From a virus (Duplodnaviria > Caudoviricetes): a DNA stretch of 32,417 nucleotides. Under the pieces are notes generated by a model that saw nothing but the letters and a program-made list of their open reading frames with translations, made no database searches and had not been told where the DNA came from. Where the stretch lies: the IMG/VR virus record IMGVR_UViG_3300011338_000142, positions 1-32,417 of that record. One strand, given 5' to 3'. How positions within the stretch are numbered: position 1 is the stretch's first letter; each line of letters begins with the position of its first letter. The position numbers and the translations under genes were made by a program. Below are positions 1 to 7,138 of the stretch, piece by piece.

Positions 1-817
1 TAATATGGTTATTCGTCCATTCCAAGAAGAAATCTTAGAAGCATTTGACCAAGTTCTAGCATTTAACGGAATCAGCTTAAAACTTTACTTTAGAACATTG
101 CAACCTTTGGAGTTTGTAGACCTTGAAAACGCTCAAAGTACAGAACAAGTAGCAGAAGAAACAGGAGTTGATGGAACGCAGTTAAGCAAAATGGATAACG
201 AAGTTGCAGATGCGTTGATTGAATGCGGTGAATCACCAAACGCAGATTGGCTTTTAATAGACGAATTTGCAGTTGACTATGATAATGATGACGCAGAGAA
301 CGAAATGCTCTCAAACGAGCCTAAAACGTCTTTATTAAGCAAGATATACAACTTTGTTTCTACAGGTACTGCGAATCCTAATGCCAAATCAGAACAAGAC
401 GAGGACATTGATGGAATCAGATTCATTACACGCTATGTTTATGCAGGTGAAACATCTACAAAATCACGTCCATTTTGTCAAAAAATGATGGCTGCTAACA
501 AAGTATATCGTAAAGAGGACATATTACGAATGAGTAACCAAGTAGTAAACGAAGGATGGGGAGCAAAAGGAGCTAACACATACGACATCTTTAAATTCAA
601 AGGTGGTGGTAATTGTCACCACAGATGGAATAAGCAAGTTTACGCTAACTTCGCAGGTCGTGGAATAGATGTTAACTCTCCAAAAGCAAAACAAATTGCA
701 GGTAAGAAAGCAGAGAAATACGGATATGTTATTAAGAACAATGCTTTAGTTTCTACAAGACCTGTTGATATGCCTTACAATGGCTTTTTACCAACAAATA
801 AAACATACGGGAAATAA
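1..817 (+). CDS. Portal protein, 5'-truncated C-terminal part (allele A), with MuF/gp7-like C-terminal domain
   Basis: Homologous to the 3' part of 30013..31761 (ATG at 5 aligns with 30979); shares RxFC...YRKEDI...KGGGNCHHRW. Frame is truncated by the window edge. Confidence 0.8.
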   Translation, partial: NMVIRPFQEEILEAFDQVLAFNGISLKLYFRTLQPLEFVDLENAQSTEQVAEETGVDGTQLSKMDNEVADALIECGESPNADWLLIDEFAVDYDNDDAENEMLSNEPKTSLLSKIYNFVSTGTANPNAKSEQDEDIDGIRFITRYVYAGETSTKSRPFCQKMMAANKVYRKEDILRMSNQVVNEGWGAKGANTYDIFKFKGGGNCHHRWNKQVYANFAGRGIDVNSPKAKQIAGKKAEKYGYVIKNNALVSTRPVDMPYNGFLPTNKTYGK

Positions 818-1317
818 TGGCAGAAGCTTTATTTATTACTAGAGAAGATATCGTTAAGTACACTGCTTTAAATGGCAATGTAGACACGGATAAGTTTATA
901 CAATTTATTAAGATAGCTCAGGATATTCACATCCAGAACTACTTAGGTACAAAACTATTCGCAAAGCTACAAGCAGACATCGTTGCTAATACTCTTTCAG
1001 GAAACTATTTGACGTTGGTTACAACTTACGTTAAGCCAATGCTTATCCACTGGGGAATGGTAGAATATTTACCTTTCGCAGCTTACACAATCGCAAACAA
1101 AGGAGTTTACAAACATTCATCTGAGAACTCTGAAAACGTAGATAAAAACGAAGTTGATTACTTGTTAGAAAAAGAACGTAGCATTGCTCAGAACTACACG
1201 CAAAGATTCATTGACTATATGTCTTTCAATCAGACTTTGTTTCCAGAGTATCGTTCAAATAAGAACAATGATGTATTCCCTGATTCAATGAATAACTACG
1301 TATCTTGGTATATATGA
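817..1317 (+). CDS. Putative head-tail adaptor/connector protein (allele A)
   Basis: 166 aa directly after the portal; near-identical to 31764..32264. Function inferred from position and size. Confidence 0.6.
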   Translation: MAEALFITREDIVKYTALNGNVDTDKFIQFIKIAQDIHIQNYLGTKLFAKLQADIVANTLSGNYLTLVTTYVKPMLIHWGMVEYLPFAAYTIANKGVYKHSSENSENVDKNEVDYLLEKERSIAQNYTQRFIDYMSFNQTLFPEYRSNKNNDVFPDSMNNYVSWYI

Positions 1318-1418
1318 AAAAGAGAATTAAACTAGGTGCTTACAAACCTAAAGAAACTAATGTTGAGAAGCTTCGTGTTTTTCTAGCTAAACTAAACAAA
1401 CACGAATTATCAAAATGA
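1314..1418 (+). CDS. Small basic hypothetical protein (34 aa, MKKRIKLGAYKPKETNVEKLRVFLAKLNKHELSK)
   Basis: ATGA overlaps at both ends; the single difference from copy 32261..32365 is synonymous (TAC/TAT). Confidence 0.65.
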   Translation: MKKRIKLGAYKPKETNVEKLRVFLAKLNKHELSK

Positions 1419-1840
1419 AAACTAAACTATCTCTCCTAGTTTTTTCGGTGCTTACAATTCTTACACCTGTAAAGCCTTTAGTTTTAATCGCAGTTATAGC
1501 AATAATCTTAGATACGTTTTTCGGAGTTTGGCGATCAGTTAAAAAAAGCGGATGGAAATCTATTCGTTCCCGTAGACTATCTCACACCATTTCTAAGAGC
1601 CTACTTTATTCAGGTGCTATTGTGTTTATATTCTTACTAGAAAAATACGTTGTAGCGGATATTTTAGGACACTTCATTGCTATTGATTTATTGATGACAA
1701 AAGCATTTACTACTTTCTGCGTTTACACGGAAGTTAAAAGTATCAATGAAAGTTACTTTAGTGTTACAGGGGTTAACGTATGGGATAAGTTTGTTAAGTT
1801 TGCCAAAAGAGGAAAAGAAACCTTAGATGATTTAAAATAA
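1415..1840 (+). CDS. Holin (phage holin family 4-like)
   Basis: Several hydrophobic segments, ILDTFFGV and E-x-x-SINE motifs, basic C-terminus, immediately upstream of the endolysin. Confidence 0.75.
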   Translation: MKTKLSLLVFSVLTILTPVKPLVLIAVIAIILDTFFGVWRSVKKSGWKSIRSRRLSHTISKSLLYSGAIVFIFLLEKYVVADILGHFIAIDLLMTKAFTTFCVYTEVKSINESYFSVTGVNVWDKFVKFAKRGKETLDDLK

Positions 1841-1869
1841 AACATTCGATTGTTCTAAAACAAAACAAA

Positions 1870-2433
1870 ATGACAGTAATAGAAAAGTACGTTGCATTTA
1901 CTAAGAAGTGGGAAGGTGGTTTGTCTAGAGATAAAAACGACTCAGCTTCTTCTTATCCGTGTCCAACTGCTTACAAGGGAAAAACGGGATGGCATACAAA
2001 TGCAGGAATAACCTACGCAACTTGGACAGGATTTTACGGAGTAGAAAATGATCATAGATTCTATACGATGAATGCTGCTGATTGGTTTTCTATTTTTAAA
2101 ATAGGCTACTGGGACAAAGTAAAAGGAGATGCTTACAACTCTCAGAACATTGCAGTATTCGTTACAGGAATGGCTTGGGGAAGTGGTTCTAAACAAGCAG
2201 GTAAATCCTTACAAGTGGCTATTAATCATTGTGGCTTACTTTGCACAATAGACGGAATCATCGGACCAAAAACAATACTACTCGCTAATTCAATAGAACC
2301 TCGTAAGTTATTTGATGAATTAATCAACGAAAGAAAAAGATTTTTCTACGCAATCTCAACAGGTAAAAACGCTAAATTTTTGAACGGATGGCTAAACAGA
2401 TTAAACGATTATCAAAAAACTTTCAGACCTTAA
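1870..2433 (+). CDS. Endolysin, glycoside hydrolase family 108 lysozyme with C-terminal peptidoglycan-binding motif
   Basis: KWEGG catalytic motif, TNAGIT, DGIIGPKT and C-terminal KFLNGWLNRL typical of GH108/PG_binding_3. Confidence 0.85.
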   Translation: MTVIEKYVAFTKKWEGGLSRDKNDSASSYPCPTAYKGKTGWHTNAGITYATWTGFYGVENDHRFYTMNAADWFSIFKIGYWDKVKGDAYNSQNIAVFVTGMAWGSGSKQAGKSLQVAINHCGLLCTIDGIIGPKTILLANSIEPRKLFDELINERKRFFYAISTGKNAKFLNGWLNRLNDYQKTFRP

Positions 2434-2867
2434 TATTTGGTATCGCAATTTGCGTTACTTTATTTTCGTGTTCTGCTAATTATCACGTTCTACGTGCAAT
2501 CAAAAAAGGTTACAGATGTGACGAAACTAGCGATACTATACAAGTTTCGACAATAGATTCAATTCCGTACGTTTTAAGAGACTCTATTTTTTGGGAGAAG
2601 GTAATTGTTCAGAAAGATACGATAGTTCGTTACAAGGCTTCTTTCGTGCCTAAAACACGATTCCTGACACGTATTGAATACAAGTACAAAACAAAATACA
2701 TAAAAGCGGAAGCACAAAAGGTAAAATACCAAAACAAATACATAACTAAAACAAAAGTTAACTGGCTATTTGTAATCATTGCATTTATTGTAGGATTTCT
2801 AGTTAGGTTGACTTTAAGTGAAACCTTTAGAGGTAGGTTACAACTTCTCACTAAACTTATTAAATGA
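2388..2867 (+). CDS. Putative unimolecular spanin (N-terminal lipoprotein signal, C-terminal TM helix)
   Basis: Hydrophobic signal plus lipobox LFS-C; C-terminal TM WLFVIIAFIVGFLV; located after holin and endolysin. Confidence 0.55.
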   Translation: MAKQIKRLSKNFQTLIFGIAICVTLFSCSANYHVLRAIKKGYRCDETSDTIQVSTIDSIPYVLRDSIFWEKVIVQKDTIVRYKASFVPKTRFLTRIEYKYKTKYIKAEAQKVKYQNKYITKTKVNWLFVIIAFIVGFLVRLTLSETFRGRLQLLTKLIK

Positions 2868-3901
2868 AAAAAGAATTTCGTTACCGATTGAAACCTGATG
2901 AAGCTGAAATAGTAAATCAGTACAGAGCAATCAAAAGAGAATCAAATGAACTAGGTTTAGATGATGCAAATGTAAAACACGGATGGTTAAAGTCTAAAAA
3001 TGCTTCATTGTTTTTTAAGAATCCTAACTTTAAGGAAGCAGAAGAAGTAAACTACAAAGAACTGCAAGAGTTAATCCTGCAGGACATAAAAGATTTTAAA
3101 CCTGAATATCCTACAATATTTAGGAATCCATCAACAGACGGACACTTACTTGTTGTTGATCCTGCAGACATCCATATAGGTAAGTTATGTAATGCTTTTG
3201 AAACAGGCGAAGACTACAACAATCAAATAGCAGTTAAACGTGTTAAAGAAGGCGTACAAGGAATACTTGATAAATGCACTGGGTTTAACATAGACAAGAT
3301 ATTATTTATTGGAGGAAACGACATACTTCATATTGACACTCCAAGACGAACCACTACTGCAGGAACTCCACAAGACACGGACGGAATGTGGTATTCTAAT
3401 TTTCTAATCGCAAAAAGACTTTATGTTGACATCTTGGAAACTCTGCTATCTATTGCTGATGTGCATTTTACTTTCAATCCATCTAATCACGACTATACAC
3501 ACGGCTTCTTCCTTGCAGATTGCATACAAACGTGGTTTAGAAATTGTGATAATATTACTTTCGATTGCAGCATTGCTCATCGCAAGGGATTTTTATATGG
3601 AAAGAATCTAATCGGAACGACACACGGAGACGGAGCTAAAAACGCAGACCTTCCTTTGTTGATGGCAACCGAGTTTCCACAGGAATGGAGTTTATCTAAA
3701 CACAGGTACGTTTACACGCATCACGTTCATCATAAGACCAGTACAGATTTCATAGGATGCACTGTTGAAAGTTTACGATCACCATCAGGAACGGACTCTT
3801 GGCATCATCAAAAAGGCTACCAACACGCTCCTAAAGCAGTTGAAGGATTCCTGCATCATAAAGAACACGGACAAGTTTGTAGGATTTCAAACATTTTTTA
3901 A
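2864..3901 (+). CDS. Calcineurin-like metallophosphoesterase superfamily protein
   Basis: Motifs ADIHIG, GGNDILH, SNHD, THGD, HHVHH in the expected order. Confidence 0.75.
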   Translation: MKKEFRYRLKPDEAEIVNQYRAIKRESNELGLDDANVKHGWLKSKNASLFFKNPNFKEAEEVNYKELQELILQDIKDFKPEYPTIFRNPSTDGHLLVVDPADIHIGKLCNAFETGEDYNNQIAVKRVKEGVQGILDKCTGFNIDKILFIGGNDILHIDTPRRTTTAGTPQDTDGMWYSNFLIAKRLYVDILETLLSIADVHFTFNPSNHDYTHGFFLADCIQTWFRNCDNITFDCSIAHRKGFLYGKNLIGTTHGDGAKNADLPLLMATEFPQEWSLSKHRYVYTHHVHHKTSTDFIGCTVESLRSPSGTDSWHHQKGYQHAPKAVEGFLHHKEHGQVCRISNIF

Positions 3902-3909
3902 TATATTTG
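3876..3909 (+). promoter_or_regulatory. Bacteroidota housekeeping-type promoter (TTTG ... TATATTTG)
   Basis: TAnnTTTG at 3902-3909, TTTG at 3876-3879 (22-nt spacer); no ORF before the next terminator. Confidence 0.55.
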
Positions 3910-3912
3910 CAA

Positions 3913-3972
3913 TTCATAGTTAGATTGTTTTTAGTGATTAAGGGGGTATCGGAAACGGCATCCCCTTTTTTT
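3913..3972 (+). ncRNA. Putative small antisense RNA (~60 nt)
   Basis: Bounded by a promoter and a terminator; 3913-3933 is complementary at 19/21 positions to 10651-10671, the erf start region. Confidence 0.4.
3940..3972 (+). terminator. Rho-independent terminator after the lysis/phosphoesterase operon
   Basis: AAGGGGGTATCG-GAAA-CGGCATCCCCTT hairpin followed by a T tract. Confidence 0.8.
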
Positions 3973-3977
3973 ATGGC

Positions 3978-4387
3978 TATAACCTTATGAAAATCCAGTG
4001 GCGTAAGGGTATAACCTGCAGATTTTACACTTTTCATATCATTAATTCAAAGTATAACCTGATATTCCGTCCCAAATTTATCAAGTATTTGTGACGAGTA
4101 ACTTGACATTCTAGCGGACATTTACCCCTGTTTTGTTTATTTTATCGGACATTCACCCTTATTCTATTACAAAAAACGTCACAATTTACCCTTATTTTGT
4201 GACAAACATTTGCCACTATTTTGATTTATTGGCATTTGTATAGTCAGCCAAAAGTATATTATAGCATGCATTTTGTGGGAAAATTCATGCAATTACATAT
4301 TATAATATACGCATTGATACGCATTGATACGTAAAATATACGCATTCAGGTATAATTAATCGTTTTTCCTTTACATTATACGTTTTT
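3978..4387. repeat. Non-coding array of short inverted and direct repeats
   Basis: At least six different dyads and several direct repeats, e.g. GTCACAA-N12-TTGTGAC (4178-4203), CGGACATTYACCCYT (4115, 4146), ATATACGCATT (4305, 4336). Confidence 0.75.
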
Positions 4388-4455
4388 ACATACATCTCAA
4401 ACCACTGTAAAACCTAGCATTTTAAAAATAAATGTAAAATAATTAAAAAAAATTG

Positions 4456-4485
4456 TTGATAATTGAAACCTTATCTTTATATTTG
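4456..4485 (+). promoter_or_regulatory. Early promoter, Bacteroidota -33/-7 type
   Basis: TTG(4456-58)-N19-TATATTTG(4478-85) with AT-rich upstream DNA, ahead of the small-gene cluster. Confidence 0.75.
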
Positions 4486-4519
4486 CATATAAGTAATTCA
4501 AAAAACAAACTTAAAAGCT

Positions 4520-4684
4520 ATGAAAAAACAAGAAATGATTAACACTATCCTAGCAGAGCAGGATAAATTATGGAATGACTTGCAACAATGTATTGACATT
4601 CTAGGTATTCATGACCCAATTACAGATGCAGCAGCAGCACGATGGGCAGTTATTAATCAATTAGTAAAATCTTTAGGGCTATGA
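4520..4684 (+). CDS. Hypothetical protein (54 aa, MKKQEMINTILAEQ...)
   Basis: First ORF after the early promoter, A-rich leader, ATGA overlap with the next gene. Confidence 0.7.
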   Translation: MKKQEMINTILAEQDKLWNDLQQCIDILGIHDPITDAAAARWAVINQLVKSLGL

Positions 4685-4878
4685 AAACACTAAACGAGAA
4701 TCAAAAGGACATTTTAGGAACTATATTCGCATTGTCGTTATTTTGGGCTGTAATCGGTTATTTTACGATTAACCAAGCAAACTATTGCAACAATCATAAA
4801 GCACCGCAGATTGAAGCTAAACACGTTCAGTCACCTGTATTAGAGAAGTACGGAGAACTAATAACTAAAAACAAATAA
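4681..4878 (+). CDS. Small membrane protein
   Basis: One hydrophobic helix (ILGTIFALSLFWAVIGYF); coupled to the upstream ORF. Confidence 0.65.
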   Translation: MKTLNENQKDILGTIFALSLFWAVIGYFTINQANYCNNHKAPQIEAKHVQSPVLEKYGELITKNK

Positions 4879-4879
4879 G

Positions 4880-5221
4880 ATGAACAAATTTGAAATAACA
4901 GATTACACGTTGTCAGCTTTCCACATGAACTTGGAATACGTGTACGGAGAATACCACTACGAAGTTTTATGCGACTTTGAATGGTCTGAAGAATGCACAG
5001 GACATTACACAGACTTTACTATTGTTCCTTTATCAGGTACGTTTTTTCATTATCTTAACGAAGAAACAGGAAGCATTGAAATCACGGACGATTACAAGCA
5101 ATGGTTACAAGACAATGTCAAAGAGTTTAGAAAAAACACGCTTTGGTTGTACAACGAATCCTTAGAAAAAATGCGTGACTTAGATACTAATGAACAAGAT
5201 TGGAGTTACTATGGTATTTAA
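4880..5221 (+). CDS. Acidic hypothetical protein
   Basis: 113 aa ORF in a tightly packed cluster. Confidence 0.7.
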   Translation: MNKFEITDYTLSAFHMNLEYVYGEYHYEVLCDFEWSEECTGHYTDFTIVPLSGTFFHYLNEETGSIEITDDYKQWLQDNVKEFRKNTLWLYNESLEKMRDLDTNEQDWSYYGI

Positions 5222-5339
5222 ACTACAACGGATGATCAAGTTCTGGAGAACGAAGTCATCGCACGAAACAATCAGAGGAAGCTTCAATGAAGACCTTTAC
5301 AGGAGAATATGTGAAATTAAATTCAATCAGACGTTATGA
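5211..5339 (+). CDS. Hypothetical protein (42 aa, MVFKLQRMIKFW...)
   Basis: Fills the gap; ATGA overlap with 5336. Confidence 0.55.
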   Translation: MVFKLQRMIKFWRTKSSHETIRGSFNEDLYRRICEIKFNQTL

Positions 5340-5539
5340 CACCGAAAGAAAAGGCACACGAATTAATTGTCAAGGCATTAGTTCAATTTGAAAAGTTAAC
5401 AATAAACGAAGCTAAAAAAATAGCATTGATTGCAGTTCATGAAATATTAGATGTTGATTGTTTTGATATGTCACAAAAACATTTTGAGAATCATATTGAC
5501 TATTGGAAAGAAGTTAAATACGAAATCAAAAAGTTATGA
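5336..5539 (+). CDS. Hypothetical protein (MTPKEKA...YWxEVK type small phage protein)
   Basis: 67 aa, coupled at both ends. Confidence 0.7.
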   Translation: MTPKEKAHELIVKALVQFEKLTINEAKKIALIAVHEILDVDCFDMSQKHFENHIDYWKEVKYEIKKL

Positions 5540-5652
5540 GCTACAAAAGAAAAGAAAACTATGAAGCATCAATGCTTGGAATCGTAGTAAGTTTAGTATT
5601 AGCAGGGGTGTTAATATTAGTATTTGGAATCATTAAATTATTTACGTTATGA
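5536..5652 (+). CDS. Small membrane protein (38 aa)
   Basis: ATGA overlaps at both ends; hydrophobic LGIVVSLVLAGVLILVFGII. Confidence 0.6.
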   Translation: MSYKRKENYEASMLGIVVSLVLAGVLILVFGIIKLFTL

Positions 5653-5801
5653 AATACAAACTAACATACAAGGTAGGACTTGCAACCGTACAGGAGTGGA
5701 TTTTTACTTCTAAGAGTTTATGCTACTGGAAGAAGATGGACTTAATCGAAACAGGACGTTTTAACATGGGTAGTTTTTACATAGAAGAATTTAAATTTTA
5801 A
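5649..5801 (+). CDS. Hypothetical protein (50 aa, MKYKLTYKVG...)
   Basis: Coupled ORF filling the gap before 5806. Confidence 0.6.
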   Translation: MKYKLTYKVGLATVQEWIFTSKSLCYWKKMDLIETGRFNMGSFYIEEFKF

Positions 5802-5805
5802 CGAA

Positions 5806-6216
5806 ATGGAAAACAACTTAATTGAAAGAATAACTTACCTGATAGAAAGAGACGAGTTAAACAAACGATGCAGAAAGAAGCAACACATTTACAAGAAGTG
5901 TTTCCTGATGAATCAACTACGAAAAGAAGAACTAACATTTAACGAAATTGGATCTTACTTCAATCAGCATCACGCCAGTGTAATCCATAACATAAATACT
6001 CACAAGAATCTATTGGAGTACAACAAAGACGAATACTTGGATGTAATAAGGGAGTATATGGTGTTTTTAATTGATTCTAAGTACATTCACAAGCCTAGAA
6101 ACATCATAGACGATGTAAACAACTGCACAAGTCTTTACAAGTTGTTACGTGTAAAAAGATGGATTGCAGAAGGTAGGTATAAAAATTTACAGGACGATGC
6201 AACTTTAATTGAATAA
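5806..6216 (+). CDS. DnaA C-terminal (domain IV)-like HTH DNA-binding protein
   Basis: LTFNEIGSYFNQHHASVIHNI resembles the DnaA domain IV signature (SLxxIGxxFGxDHxTVxH). Confidence 0.6.
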   Translation: MENNLIERITYLIERDELNKRCRKKQHIYKKCFLMNQLRKEELTFNEIGSYFNQHHASVIHNINTHKNLLEYNKDEYLDVIREYMVFLIDSKYIHKPRNIIDDVNNCTSLYKLLRVKRWIAEGRYKNLQDDATLIE

Positions 6217-6230
6217 ATACGTTATATTTG
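6201..6230 (+). promoter_or_regulatory. Composite promoter: AAC-N16-CGT overlapping TATATTTG
   Basis: AAC 6201-03, CGT 6220-22, TAnnTTTG 6223-30. Confidence 0.55.
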
Positions 6231-6235
6231 TTGAA

Positions 6236-6325
6236 GAGTTGGCTCGACACCATAAACTCAAAGGAACTATTGAAGCCTTATAATGAAACGAAAGTCGAGC
6301 CTCGTGGATTTATAGGGCTTTTTTT
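6236..6325 (+). promoter_or_regulatory. Structured leader / attenuator-like RNA ahead of the replication genes
   Basis: Hairpin GAGTT/AACTC; terminator stem AAGCCTTATAA/TTATAGGGCTT plus T tract; GGCTCGAC (6241-48) complementary to GTCGAGCC (6294-6301). Confidence 0.55.
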
Positions 6326-6345
6326 ATGTCTAAAAATTAAGTGAA

Positions 6346-6531
6346 ATGAATGAAATTTATTTAAGATGTCAATTTAACGAAAAAGATGAATTGATTGTAT
6401 CAAACGGAGCGCATATTTGCTTTGAGATTGTTGAGGGAGAAGGCTCAAAAACTGTTTGCATTGATCGTAAACAAGCATACACACTAATTAAATGTTTACA
6501 AGAATTTAGTAAATGCACTACCAATGAGTAA
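6346..6531 (+). CDS. Hypothetical protein
   Basis: 61 aa, overlaps the start of the initiator gene. Confidence 0.6.
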   Translation: MNEIYLRCQFNEKDELIVSNGAHICFEIVEGEGSKTVCIDRKQAYTLIKCLQEFSKCTTNE

Positions 6532-7138
6532 GGAGCTACCATTCTTTAAGTTTAATGCTACTGAGTGGATTACAGGTAACATTAGTTATGAATCATTTGA
6601 GATTCAAGGTGCGTTTATTAGTGTATGTGCTGAGTACTGGAATCGTAACAATCAAATGTCTATAGATGAAGCTAAGCTACGCTTAAGGGATGCTAAGATG
6701 ATTGATTTATTAATTGAAAAAGGATATTTAAAAACTAAAAAAAATAATTTAATAATTAGATTTCTTGATTTAGAGAAAGAAGAAATATCTGCTAAACGAT
6801 TGAAACTCAGTGAATCAGGACGTAAGGGTGGCTTAAGCAAGGCTAAAGCATCGCTAAAGCAAGGCTCTAGCATTATAGATAAAGATAAAGAAGAAGATAA
6901 TATATTAGTTCGCAAACAAAAGTTTGCTGATAATTTAAAGTCTTTTTTAGATTCTTTTGACAAAGTTCTTTTACGTGAATTTTACGAGTATTGGACTGAA
7001 CACGGTGATAAGGATAAGAAGATGAGATTTGAAAAAGAAACTTCATTCAATATTAAAAGTCGTTTAGAAAGATGGCGTAAGAACCAACTTGAAAGAAATA
7101 AACCTAAATTTAATCTTCCAACAACAATTATAGACTAA
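6524..7138 (+). CDS. Putative replication initiator protein (lambda O-like organisation)
   Basis: N-terminal PFFKF..EW...I helical domain, GRKGG linker containing DNA iterons, C-terminal FYEYW...RLERW; precedes the helicase. Confidence 0.65.
   Translation: MSKELPFFKFNATEWITGNISYESFEIQGAFISVCAEYWNRNNQMSIDEAKLRLRDAKMIDLLIEKGYLKTKKNNLIIRFLDLEKEEISAKRLKLSESGRKGGLSKAKASLKQGSSIIDKDKEEDNILVRKQKFADNLKSFLDSFDKVLLREFYEYWTEHGDKDKKMRFEKETSFNIKSRLERWRKNQLERNKPKFNLPTTIID
6831..6905. repeat. Putative origin: four 11-bp iterons plus A-rich tract
   Basis: GCTTAAGCAAG, GCTAAAGCATC, GCTAAAGCAAG, GCTCTAGCATT in tandem at 6831-6874, followed by an A/T-rich stretch. Confidence 0.6.

Noticed and set aside
3831-4037. 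Minus-strand ORF (68 aa)
   Set aside because: Crosses a terminator and overlaps the phosphoesterase gene; its ATG context is better explained as the antisense seed, though a short peptide cannot be excluded.
3978-4387. CRISPR or mini-CRISPR array
   Set aside because: No constant repeat with regular spacers; each motif occurs only two or three times; no cas genes.
5331-5652. Repeated ACGTTATGA/AAGTTATGA at small-gene junctions
   Set aside because: Only 7-9 bp and explained by ATGA translational coupling.
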